A stretch of DNA of 64,000 nt from a virus: the IMG/VR virus record IMGVR_UViG_3300044971_004534, one strand, 5' to 3'. Under the pieces are notes generated by a model. That model did no database searches. It was not told the origin of the DNA and saw nothing but the letters and a program-made list of their open reading frames with translations. How positions within the stretch are numbered: the first letter of the stretch is position 1; each line of letters starts with the position of its first letter. Positions 32,201 through 39,482 of the stretch are shown one piece after another. Position numbers and translations under genes: made by a program.

Positions 32201-34991
32201 TCCTGCAGGTATGGGCATGGGCATGCAGTTGCCTGGTGGAGCTCCTCCAGCTGGTGCTCCAGGAGTTGAGGCTTTAACTGCAGGCGCTCCTGTTGATCCC
32301 GCAGCTGCTGCTCCAATGGGTGCAGATCCTTTGGCTGGTGGTGATATGGGCGGTGAGGCAGAAGAAAGTAAGCCAAAGCCACCAGGCGCAGTTTGCGTTG
32401 TCTGCGGTGGACAGGATGTTGATGTTCTTGGCGGTAAGTCCAAGTGCAATGGTCCTGGATGCGGCTTAAATTATACAATCAAGATTGTACCTGATGCATC
32501 TTTACTTGACAAGATCACAGATGGTGATGTTGATCAAGAAGACGTTACTGCAAGTCCAGAGTCTCCAGAAAAGGGATTGGGTGGCGAAGGTGCAATGTCT
32601 CCTGCTCCAGACATGGGTATGGGCGCTCCAGCTCCTGGCGGCATGCCAGGAATGGGTGGAATGGCAGTTGCGGCTTCTACCAAAATCAGCGCAGATACCA
32701 TGAAGAAGTTTGCTTCTAAGGGCGAGCTTGGCAGTATCAGTCCAATCAGTGGTGAACGTAACACCGTCAAGTTAGATAAGGAGCACTGGCAGTGCCTTGA
32801 TAGTGGTCAAATCTATAAGGTCAGACTTGCTGCAAAGACTGACGATCCAAAGCATGTTTATGCTCAATGGGAATGGGCTCCTGTCGCTAAGCAAGCCTCT
32901 TGCACTCCATGTGAGCGCAAGAAGAATGCAATAATCAAGGCTCTTTCTGCAGTTGGTATTTCAGAGGACTCTTTTGATGGAATGTCAATGCAGGATAAGG
33001 CAGCTGCTCTTAACACCATCAATGATAAGGGTCTTCTTGGAACTATCAAAGAAGCATCTTCTGATGACGTTAAGGGATTCTTCAAGCAAGCATTTACTGT
33101 TCATGGTGAATTCCCAATGTCAAGATGCATTGAAAAGCTTGCAAACAGATACGGTGAGAATGCGCTCGCACTAAGTGGTCCATGTGAGGGTAAGAATCTC
33201 GCAGAATGTGTTTGCGGATCTTTGTCTGACGAAAACGTCTATACAACTAAGCTTGCTAACAAGATCGCATCTGCTTGGTCAGAGCGTGATGCAATGCATG
33301 AGTGCGTAGAAGATTTTGTCAGAAGTGGTCTAGTTTTGAATAAGGCTGCTCAGGCATGTGAAGATCTTAAGTCTAAGTACGTGTCTGCAGAAGAAATTTA
33401 TGCAGAAACTCTTTCTGAAGATCAGTCCATCAAGTCTGCTATGGGTGATGGAGAAATGGATGAAGAAGATCCATTTGACTCTGAAGATTTCTCTGATTCT
33501 CCTGAGGGAGACGAAGGTGAAATGCCAGAGATGTCTGGTATGGATTCTGGCGAGGATATGGAAGAAGATCTTGACATGGATGAGCCAACTGAAGAAGAAA
33601 TGCCAGAAGGCTACCGCGACGAATCAGATGATGAAGGTTTCGATTTAGATATTGAATTCGAAAACACTGATTCGTCTGATATGGGTGAGGATGCAGATCT
33701 TGATGTTGAAATAGAAATGCCAGAATCAGAAGAAGGCATGGAGCCAGAATCTGAAGAGTCAGAAATGTCCGAAATGCCAGAACAAGAGGAGGGCGAAATG
33801 GATACAGCAGAAGATACCGAAGGTCCATCTATGATGGAAGAGTCTGATATGATGAAGGAAGCTCCAAAGAGCGCTTCTCAGAATGATGAGATAGAGCGCC
33901 TTGAAAAGGAAGCTCATTCTCTTCGTCGTGGACGTATAGTCGGTGTCAATAAGTTAAACATTGATATTGACTCTATACGTGCTGCTCTTAACAAGCAAGC
34001 CAAGTCTGGCAAGCTCGAACAAACAAGTGCACAAGACGTTGTCGGTGCAGTTGCAAACGGCAAGCCACACAAGGATAGCACTCAAGAGGGCTTCTCAGCC
34101 GAATCTCCCGATGTTCCAAGCAATGGCGGTAAGCCATTGGCTGCTGAGCACGGAGAGGGATTCAAGGAAAGTGCTCCAGAAATTCCATACGGTGATGGTC
34201 AGTTTGAAGGCGAGCCAAACAAGGGTGAAATGCAAAATGCAATCACTGGCGGACAGGCTGGTCAAGGCAAGGATCACACTGGAAAGTATCGCAAGGCTTC
34301 CAACATGTTCGATCAAGCTTTGTCTAAGTTAGCAAAAGACATGGGCTTGTCCGTTCACACCGTGCAGGACGATGCTGATCTAGGTCAGATAGCCAACGGT
34401 AAGCCACACAAGGACAGCACTCAAGAAGGTTTCTCTGCCGAAACTCCTGATGTTCCAGAAAATGGAGGCAAGCCTCTTTCTTCTGAGAAGGGTGAGGGCT
34501 TCAAGGTAGATTCTCCAAGTATCCCAGCCGGAGATGGTCAGCTTGGCCATGAATCTGAGCTTGGACTTGAGGGCGAAAAGCAAAATCAAATCACCGGTGG
34601 TCAAAACGGCCAGGGTGGTGCACAAAACTATAAATCTAAGAAGGCCAGTAGTGCCAACAAAGAGGTTGCAATTAAGCTTGCTGCCAAAATGGTAGAAAAC
34701 GGCATAATCAAAGCCGACCAGATGCCAGCAAAGCTCGCGGAGTTGCAGAGATACGAGGTATCTCAGCTTCGTGACCTCGAAAAGGCGATGTTTAATCGCC
34801 CAAGCGCTACCAAGGGTCTGAAGGTTGCATCGAGTGGAGTTGAGCAGCCACTCGTAATCAACGAAGTAAGCAGTCACAAAAATGCTTCGTCTGATCTGAA
34901 AGGTAAAATTGCTTCTCTATTCCGTCTCCAACAGCAGGTCGAGATGGCAGATGAGAGCGAGGCTGCTAAGTTACGTAATGCATTCAAATGA
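29220..34991 (+). CDS. giant head protein (1923 aa): N-terminal prohead serine protease-like domain fused to a scaffold/internal-protein-like low-complexity region
   Basis: The N-terminus DEVNDNGDYFSENELKKAAKTFIGVPVFVNHQND...RLARGIEAGYVTGSSMGCSV resembles the His/Ser motifs of HK97 gp4 / T4 gp21-type prohead proteases. It is followed by Cys clusters, P/A/M-rich and G/P/M-rich linkers, a very acidic block, and a 113-aa tandem duplication. It occupies the position of protease plus scaffold. Confidence 0.6.
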   Translation: MDKFTITTERQIEALNVPSNWDEINLSPITKFASKEKSFEDHVKAIDLGGFDILAAIKDNPDHLFVKVFAIKKDEVNDNGDYFSENELKKAAKTFIGVPVFVNHQNDDVEKARGKVVHAWWDEDRGGIYTINMVDKVAYPRLARGIEAGYVTGSSMGCSVKYSCCSVCHTRAANAKEYCSHIKERKKKNFTGEHECEYHKSANAGDEPCPVCGCEKGKKKLNKYASQQIFEHNYGVKFIEDSFVVNPACHDCLVSDIINPTGLLKKVADLRETLAKIGTSMDSDSSFGMECSSGQCSLHKAAGKQEINELNDAMNQLERVARSMMAQKSKVSLEYVSDIVKVCSDIQKISDELVEMGYAVLPSPTESQIAYGTNAPASPMTKPQSAVQMPVSAMPQPSSAAVPSVQPSMAMPAQTAAPMLKSVPMAANPQIQEFGDEVGRVTKPNFIPVKADSAKDFIKISNSITNRLNSLANRIYINGEFMSENSGYKFTQGDDTIVISSDNDGETHIAHLKGDRLMKWSSIDSFDADTQNMINHDPKQAARKILNSYLNNTSEESITSMESSNQNKVAQARTGDAHEVTTEAQLSGVKGIHARKGEAPTATTESKEQLGAAKSYSDVGGTSATPRQGTAYETVVEATLNSKTGGFMARWGSFPEVITEAQWNDISREVFANIPSDWTSVAKQGQLEMLQKTFSWTEPTVTTEGQLAGKSMKKASAQDLIKQAQGAIADAMAFYGVGAEDIQNTVDFITSDSSRQNKAKIVVAMNAAPWAVESRKVNNSRLANFSKVASEVYGVEPVDAVLAAVGDNLESSSAEEVLSALAFVANNKLAMQQAEELAVERYENATSESSEDDSDMFRKAFSEMSLPEDGIIKVCMSAEDDLGMEVSSGKDFIEAVHKFAQTMVNENLGQNVDIIPVAVDVDEDNGLVEATCKIASKVTDQEKAAFEKWASSVPAEKVVAEESSQTKRASLLADLDKLEKQAQLAGGQMPAGLNPAGMGMGMQLPGGAPPAGAPGVEALTAGAPVDPAAAAPMGADPLAGGDMGGEAEESKPKPPGAVCVVCGGQDVDVLGGKSKCNGPGCGLNYTIKIVPDASLLDKITDGDVDQEDVTASPESPEKGLGGEGAMSPAPDMGMGAPAPGGMPGMGGMAVAASTKISADTMKKFASKGELGSISPISGERNTVKLDKEHWQCLDSGQIYKVRLAAKTDDPKHVYAQWEWAPVAKQASCTPCERKKNAIIKALSAVGISEDSFDGMSMQDKAAALNTINDKGLLGTIKEASSDDVKGFFKQAFTVHGEFPMSRCIEKLANRYGENALALSGPCEGKNLAECVCGSLSDENVYTTKLANKIASAWSERDAMHECVEDFVRSGLVLNKAAQACEDLKSKYVSAEEIYAETLSEDQSIKSAMGDGEMDEEDPFDSEDFSDSPEGDEGEMPEMSGMDSGEDMEEDLDMDEPTEEEMPEGYRDESDDEGFDLDIEFENTDSSDMGEDADLDVEIEMPESEEGMEPESEESEMSEMPEQEEGEMDTAEDTEGPSMMEESDMMKEAPKSASQNDEIERLEKEAHSLRRGRIVGVNKLNIDIDSIRAALNKQAKSGKLEQTSAQDVVGAVANGKPHKDSTQEGFSAESPDVPSNGGKPLAAEHGEGFKESAPEIPYGDGQFEGEPNKGEMQNAITGGQAGQGKDHTGKYRKASNMFDQALSKLAKDMGLSVHTVQDDADLGQIANGKPHKDSTQEGFSAETPDVPENGGKPLSSEKGEGFKVDSPSIPAGDGQLGHESELGLEGEKQNQITGGQNGQGGAQNYKSKKASSANKEVAIKLAAKMVENGIIKADQMPAKLAELQRYEVSQLRDLEKAMFNRPSATKGLKVASSGVEQPLVINEVSSHKNASSDLKGKIASLFRLQQQVEMADESEAAKLRNAFK
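34053..34625. repeat. diverged tandem duplication, period 339 nt (113 aa)
   Basis: ANGKPHKDSTQEGFSAE(S/T)PDVP(S/E)NGGKPL...GEGFK...P.GDGQ...ITGGQ.GQG occurs twice, with copies starting at 34053 and 34392. Confidence 0.85.
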
Positions 34992-35021
34992 CTTGCAAAT
35001 TAATTCTTAAGGAGAATAAAA

Positions 35022-35591
35022 ATGGCTTTAATTGAAGTTTTTCACACAATAGCAACCCAGCTCCCCACCACTGCTACAGACATTGTTGAGGGCATGGGCG
35101 TTAAGCTCAGTGCAAATTCAGGCGCTGAGTCCTCAGTAGTTAGAAAGAGTTCTAACACTGACATCGTGTTTGGTATAGCAGGAGACAGCGCAAAAAGCAC
35201 TGGTCCAAATAAGCCCTATGGAGCTTCTTTGGTTGTAAATGCTGCTGGCGGCACTCGTGCAACTCAAAACCGTGTCTCTGATTTCTTTAATGAGACTGTT
35301 GGTTCTGGAAAGATGACTGTTTATACTGGTATTGGAGAATTTTACACTGACCAGTATGACACAGGTCAGTCTTATACAGCTGGTGCAGCTCTTTACTGCA
35401 ACGGTAATGGTAAGTTGACCAGTGTGTCTTCTAGCATGGGCAATCAGATTGGATACATAATTGACGGGCCACGCGCTTATCCAAGCGGTGTTCCTGGCGT
35501 AGACGACGGTGGCGTTGCTGGAAACACTGCTGCAGTTAATGGCAGCTTGTCTCTTGGCACCTTCCTCCGTTTCTACATGAACGTTCAGTAA
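35022..35591 (+). CDS. head decoration-like protein (DUF2190-like pattern), 189 aa
   Basis: SD AAGGAG upstream. Lies between the scaffold-like and capsid genes, as D does in lambda. The pattern IVFGIAGDSA...KMTVYTGIGEFYTD...YTAGAALYCNGNGKLTS is tentatively DUF2190-like. Confidence 0.45.
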   Translation: MALIEVFHTIATQLPTTATDIVEGMGVKLSANSGAESSVVRKSSNTDIVFGIAGDSAKSTGPNKPYGASLVVNAAGGTRATQNRVSDFFNETVGSGKMTVYTGIGEFYTDQYDTGQSYTAGAALYCNGNGKLTSVSSSMGNQIGYIIDGPRAYPSGVPGVDDGGVAGNTAAVNGSLSLGTFLRFYMNVQ

Positions 35592-35655
35592 TTTTATATT
35601 GGTATTCTTGTTGAGATCAATATAACAAAATAAAACTTTGAAAGGATATACAAAC

Positions 35656-36528
35656 ATGTCACTAAATAAAGATGGTTTGACCTATGATGAAAAGGAGGCA
35701 GTGATTGCCCAAGCCCTCGCAACCGAGGAAGGCCGCACTGCTCTCGCACAGGCCATGGTGGAGCCAATCCGCCGTTCACTAGAGTATCAGGCTGTAGGCC
35801 GCAAGCTTCTCATGGTAGATGAGCTCCCACAAGGCGCTCTTCCCCGCTATGAGCGCGATGTTGCCTCTACAGCAACTGTTATTGCCCGTCAGGGTGCAGT
35901 TCCCGATCAGATTCAGGAAGGCGAGGAAGTCCTCGTTCCAACTTTTGAGATCGCTGCTCACCCAACAATTCGTTTGAGCGAGATCAAGGCACGTCGCTTC
36001 TATATCGTTGACCGTGCTCAGATCAAGGCAAAGGAAGCCATTCAGAAGGAAGAAGATCGCAATATCTTCAGCGCTCTGATTGCTGCTGCTGATGCTCGCA
36101 ATGATCAAGTCGTTGGTAACACCGGTGACTTGACCACTGATTCGCTCAACGTTGCATACCGTTTGATTGAGACTCACGATCTTGTCGCAAGCAAGGTTGT
36201 TGCTCACCCCCTTCAGTATGCTCGTTTCCGCGTGTTTGGTAAGACCTTCTATGATGAGGCTACCACTCGTGAAATCCTCACCACCGGTCTCTATGGTCAC
36301 CTCTGGACTGCTGACATCCACGTCAGCTCCCAGCTTGACGCTCAGACCGTATTGGTGTGCGCTTCTCCCGACACTGTCGGTGCCTTCCCCATCCGCCAGG
36401 ACATCACAGTCCTTCCAGCAGATGATCCAAAGAAGCTCCGTCTTGGTTGGGTAATCTACGAAGAAGTCGGCATCGTTGTTATGAACGATTACGCCATCTC
36501 GAAGATCGAAGTTTACCGTGCATCCTAA
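35656..36528 (+). CDS. major capsid protein (HK97-fold candidate), 290 aa
   Basis: It occupies the last position of the head module. AAGGA lies 9 nt upstream of ATG 35656 (the ORF track starts at TTG 35638). GC and C-ending codon use are markedly elevated. The strongest terminator in the window follows it. The sequence pattern is capsid/encapsulin-like (RKLLMVDELPQGALPRYERD..., VGAFPIRQDITVLPADD). Confidence 0.75.
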   Translation: MSLNKDGLTYDEKEAVIAQALATEEGRTALAQAMVEPIRRSLEYQAVGRKLLMVDELPQGALPRYERDVASTATVIARQGAVPDQIQEGEEVLVPTFEIAAHPTIRLSEIKARRFYIVDRAQIKAKEAIQKEEDRNIFSALIAAADARNDQVVGNTGDLTTDSLNVAYRLIETHDLVASKVVAHPLQYARFRVFGKTFYDEATTREILTTGLYGHLWTADIHVSSQLDAQTVLVCASPDTVGAFPIRQDITVLPADDPKKLRLGWVIYEEVGIVVMNDYAISKIEVYRAS

Positions 36529-36558
36529 TAGCTAGGTAAATATAGGGTTTTTTAAATC

Positions 36559-36596
36559 GCAACCCGCTCTCCGAAAGGAGGGCGGGTTGCTTTTTA
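36559..36596 (+). terminator. rho-independent terminator
   Basis: The 14-nt stem GCAACCCGCTCTCC (36559-36572) pairs with GGAGGGCGGGTTGC (36577-36590) with one G-U pair. The loop is GAAA and a TTTTT tract follows. Confidence 0.9.
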
Positions 36597-36615
36597 TGTA
36601 TTAATATATACTTCT

Positions 36616-38184
36616 ATGAATTGGTATAAAGTTGCTGACAAAATATCTAAATCTATTCAGTTAACTCCTGAAGAGCATGCTATATTTAATGTAATTAAGG
36701 CTGGCAGAGATGCATACGCTTCAGGTGTTCAATTGAGGATCGCTGGAGGATGGGTTAGGGACAGGTTGCTTGGCAAAGTATCTGACGACATAGATATCGC
36801 TGTTAGCGGAGGTGATGGCAACTCTGTGGCAGAAGCCGTTAGACGTTATGATATTGAACAAAATGCAGGCAAGCACACAAAAGATCCTTACGCAGTAAGT
36901 TTAGAAAAAACTCAACCGGGTGAAAAGAAAACAAGTGCTGGACTAAAAGTAGGCGCTATAGATATTAATGGAATTAAGGTAGAATTTGTGCCTATGCGCA
37001 CAGAGATTTATAATCCTACCAGTAGAGTTCCAGAAATATCTGCAACAAATGATCCTACAGAAGACGTAAAAAGAAGGGATTTAACAATTAATGCAATTTA
37101 TTATAATATTGATACTGGTAAAATCGAAGACTATGTAGGCGGGGTAAAAGATTTAGAAAATGGTATTTTAAGAACGCCAGTTGATCCTGTAGTAACTTTA
37201 AAAGAAGATCCGTTAAGAGCATTAAGGGCATTGCGTTTTTTATCTCAAATGTATGGCTTTGAGCTTGATGAACAGTTGGTTGAAGCATTGAAGCATCCAG
37301 AAGTTCATAAGTCTTATCTTGATAAAGTCGCTCCAGAGCGTGCAAGAAAAGAACTTGAAAAGCTAGTTCTTGGTAAGCGTCCTGCTGATGCTATAAGGCA
37401 TTTCTTTTCAAGTGGTCTGTATTTACCAGTCTTTCATCATAAAAAACTTTATGGATTTAAGCCTATTCATATGGATCAAAACAACCCTCATCATCAGTAT
37501 AATTTGCTTGAGCATACTGTTCATGTAGTAAAAAATTTAAATAATATGCTCATTGATGCTGGAGTTTCAGACAAAGAAAGAATGGTTGCTGTTATGGCAG
37601 CTATATTCCATGATTTTGGTAAAATGGACCCAAATATTGTGCGTCCAAGTAAAAGCAACCCTAATGCTTCTTCTTATCCAGGTCATGAGAATGTCTCTGC
37701 TGAACTTGCTGTAGAAATACTGAAGAGACTTGGTTTTGGAAATGAAAGAGAATTAATATCTAAAGTTGTTCAAGAACATATGCGTCCTCATGGAGAAATG
37801 CAAAGTCCAAAATCTATTGGTAAATTTTTACGAGATTTTGAGTCGATGAGTATTGGCGATGATTCCAAAACAAGATTGTGGTGGTTGACTTTTATGCATG
37901 CGATAGCAGATTCTATGAGTAAAGGTGGAGTTGATTATGATGAGGAAGTCAAGGGGAAGCATGATCAAATCAAGACAATCGAAAAGTTTATTGAAGAAAG
38001 ATCTAAGGTGGGCACTAAGCCGCTTTTGAATGGAAAAGAAATTATGGATTTGTTTCCTGATAAAAATCCTAAAACTGGATTTATAAATGTAATGCAAAAT
38101 GCTTTAGCTGAAGCTCAAGATAGTGGTGAAATAAAAGACAAGAATGAAGCAAAAAATTTCTTGCTAAAACAGTTTTCTCAATAA
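36616..38184 (+). CDS. cca: CCA-adding enzyme / tRNA nucleotidyltransferase (class II polymerase-beta head + HD domain)
   Basis: Motifs: RIAGGWVRDRLLGKVSDDIDIAV, RRDLTINAIYYN, DPLRALRALRF, and the HD motif IFHDFGK. Confidence 0.9.
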   Translation: MNWYKVADKISKSIQLTPEEHAIFNVIKAGRDAYASGVQLRIAGGWVRDRLLGKVSDDIDIAVSGGDGNSVAEAVRRYDIEQNAGKHTKDPYAVSLEKTQPGEKKTSAGLKVGAIDINGIKVEFVPMRTEIYNPTSRVPEISATNDPTEDVKRRDLTINAIYYNIDTGKIEDYVGGVKDLENGILRTPVDPVVTLKEDPLRALRALRFLSQMYGFELDEQLVEALKHPEVHKSYLDKVAPERARKELEKLVLGKRPADAIRHFFSSGLYLPVFHHKKLYGFKPIHMDQNNPHHQYNLLEHTVHVVKNLNNMLIDAGVSDKERMVAVMAAIFHDFGKMDPNIVRPSKSNPNASSYPGHENVSAELAVEILKRLGFGNERELISKVVQEHMRPHGEMQSPKSIGKFLRDFESMSIGDDSKTRLWWLTFMHAIADSMSKGGVDYDEEVKGKHDQIKTIEKFIEERSKVGTKPLLNGKEIMDLFPDKNPKTGFINVMQNALAEAQDSGEIKDKNEAKNFLLKQFSQ

Positions 38185-38187
38185 ATT

Positions 38188-39435
38188 TTATAATCCAAAT
38201 CTTGCTTTTGTTGCATTGTAGTTGCTTGTAATTTCTGCAGCACTTAATGCTCTATTATAAACATAAAATGCTCCTACTTTCATTACAGGGTATGGAGTAC
38301 CTTCCTGTATGCTCTGACCTATTCTTAAAGAGGCGTCGTTGTTTGGAATACTGTTTTCTGCATTATTTACAGAAACAACATTTGTTGTATCCACGTAAGC
38401 TTTTGGAGACCCTCCAAAGTCTATCACGGCAGTAAACAAATGCCACGTATTTAAACTCCAAACATTGTTTGCACTGTTATATCCACCATTTACAGTCAGT
38501 CCATTCATTTGCAGTCTTAAGACATTGTTTGTTTGTATTGCAAGACTGTAACCATCATAGTCCTTAGTCACTCCATATTGTTTTCCAAACAATCCATCTC
38601 CTGCTGTGAATGAGGATATTTTTGCCCATATTTGAATGGTCAGTTCTCCAGTTGTTGATCCTCTCAGTGCTGCGTTGTCAGCTATATTGACATAGTCGTT
38701 ATCTCCATCAAAGCTAATTACCCCTCCATCTTCGTTAACAAATGTTGGTCCGTTTGTTAATGTACCGTTGTATCCTCCAACTATATCTGTCCACGTTGTT
38801 CCAGACCCAGGATAGCTTGCAGAATTACTTGCGTCTAAGTGCAATATCAAGCCGCTAGTAACTGCTGGGCTATAAGACGAAGACGCAGATTCAATATCAA
38901 TTAAGGCTACAGGAGAAAAGCCGTCTGAGTATTCTCCACACAATATTAGCTTGTGTCCAAACATAAATTTCTTAAAAGCTCTTGGCTGTTGTTCCGTTGT
39001 TACTATGGCTAAAGAATGGTCTTCATCAAGTAGCCATTGCATACCAGAATAGTCTGTGGACTTATTCATTGGAACATAGTCTAAATCCGTAAGTTTTTGT
39101 AAATGCAATATATAATCATTTAGTCCATTTGTGGCAACTTGCACTGAGCATCCATTTAATACAGTTTTGTCAGTAAGAGTGCCAAAGCTGCCTTGTAACC
39201 CAGTAATTGCTTGTACATCTACTACTCTTAAAGCTGATTTTCCATTTACCATTCTATAGGCAAGCATTGGGATGCCGCTTATTGGATATCTGTCAGTATC
39301 ATAATAGTGTGAGCTTATTTCGCTACATGTTAGCTTTTTTACATTGTCCGTGAGGCTTTCTAGCGTTCTTATTTTTGATGAACCTAGCATCATAAAGCCT
39401 TTTGTATAGCTTGTTGTGTCGTATGTATATGCCAT
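38188..39435 (-). CDS. two-domain protein with C-terminal LamG domain (415 aa); only minus-strand gene in the window
   Basis: The C-terminal half GLILHLDASNSASYPGSGTTWTDIVGGYNGTLTNGPTF...ISFDGDNDYVNI...FYVYNRALSAAEITSNYNATKARFGL is paralogous to the 3179-5165 genes. Its stop lies 3 nt from the stop of cca (convergent). Confidence 0.85.
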   Translation of the reverse strand: MAYTYDTTSYTKGFMMLGSSKIRTLESLTDNVKKLTCSEISSHYYDTDRYPISGIPMLAYRMVNGKSALRVVDVQAITGLQGSFGTLTDKTVLNGCSVQVATNGLNDYILHLQKLTDLDYVPMNKSTDYSGMQWLLDEDHSLAIVTTEQQPRAFKKFMFGHKLILCGEYSDGFSPVALIDIESASSSYSPAVTSGLILHLDASNSASYPGSGTTWTDIVGGYNGTLTNGPTFVNEDGGVISFDGDNDYVNIADNAALRGSTTGELTIQIWAKISSFTAGDGLFGKQYGVTKDYDGYSLAIQTNNVLRLQMNGLTVNGGYNSANNVWSLNTWHLFTAVIDFGGSPKAYVDTTNVVSVNNAENSIPNNDASLRIGQSIQEGTPYPVMKVGAFYVYNRALSAAEITSNYNATKARFGL

Positions 39436-39482
39436 AAGGATTATTATAAAAAAATATATCTTAAACCTTTCGATAAAGGACT

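Noticed and set aside
29379-36454. Antisense or alternative-frame ORFs inside the giant head gene, decoration gene and capsid gene, up to 180 aa (e.g. 31445-31912, 33439-33828, 34380-34877, 35133-35657, 35779-36321).
   Set aside because: They coincide with the locally GC-rich segments, where stop codons are rare in all frames. They are fully nested in stronger genes, and none has an SD-like start context.
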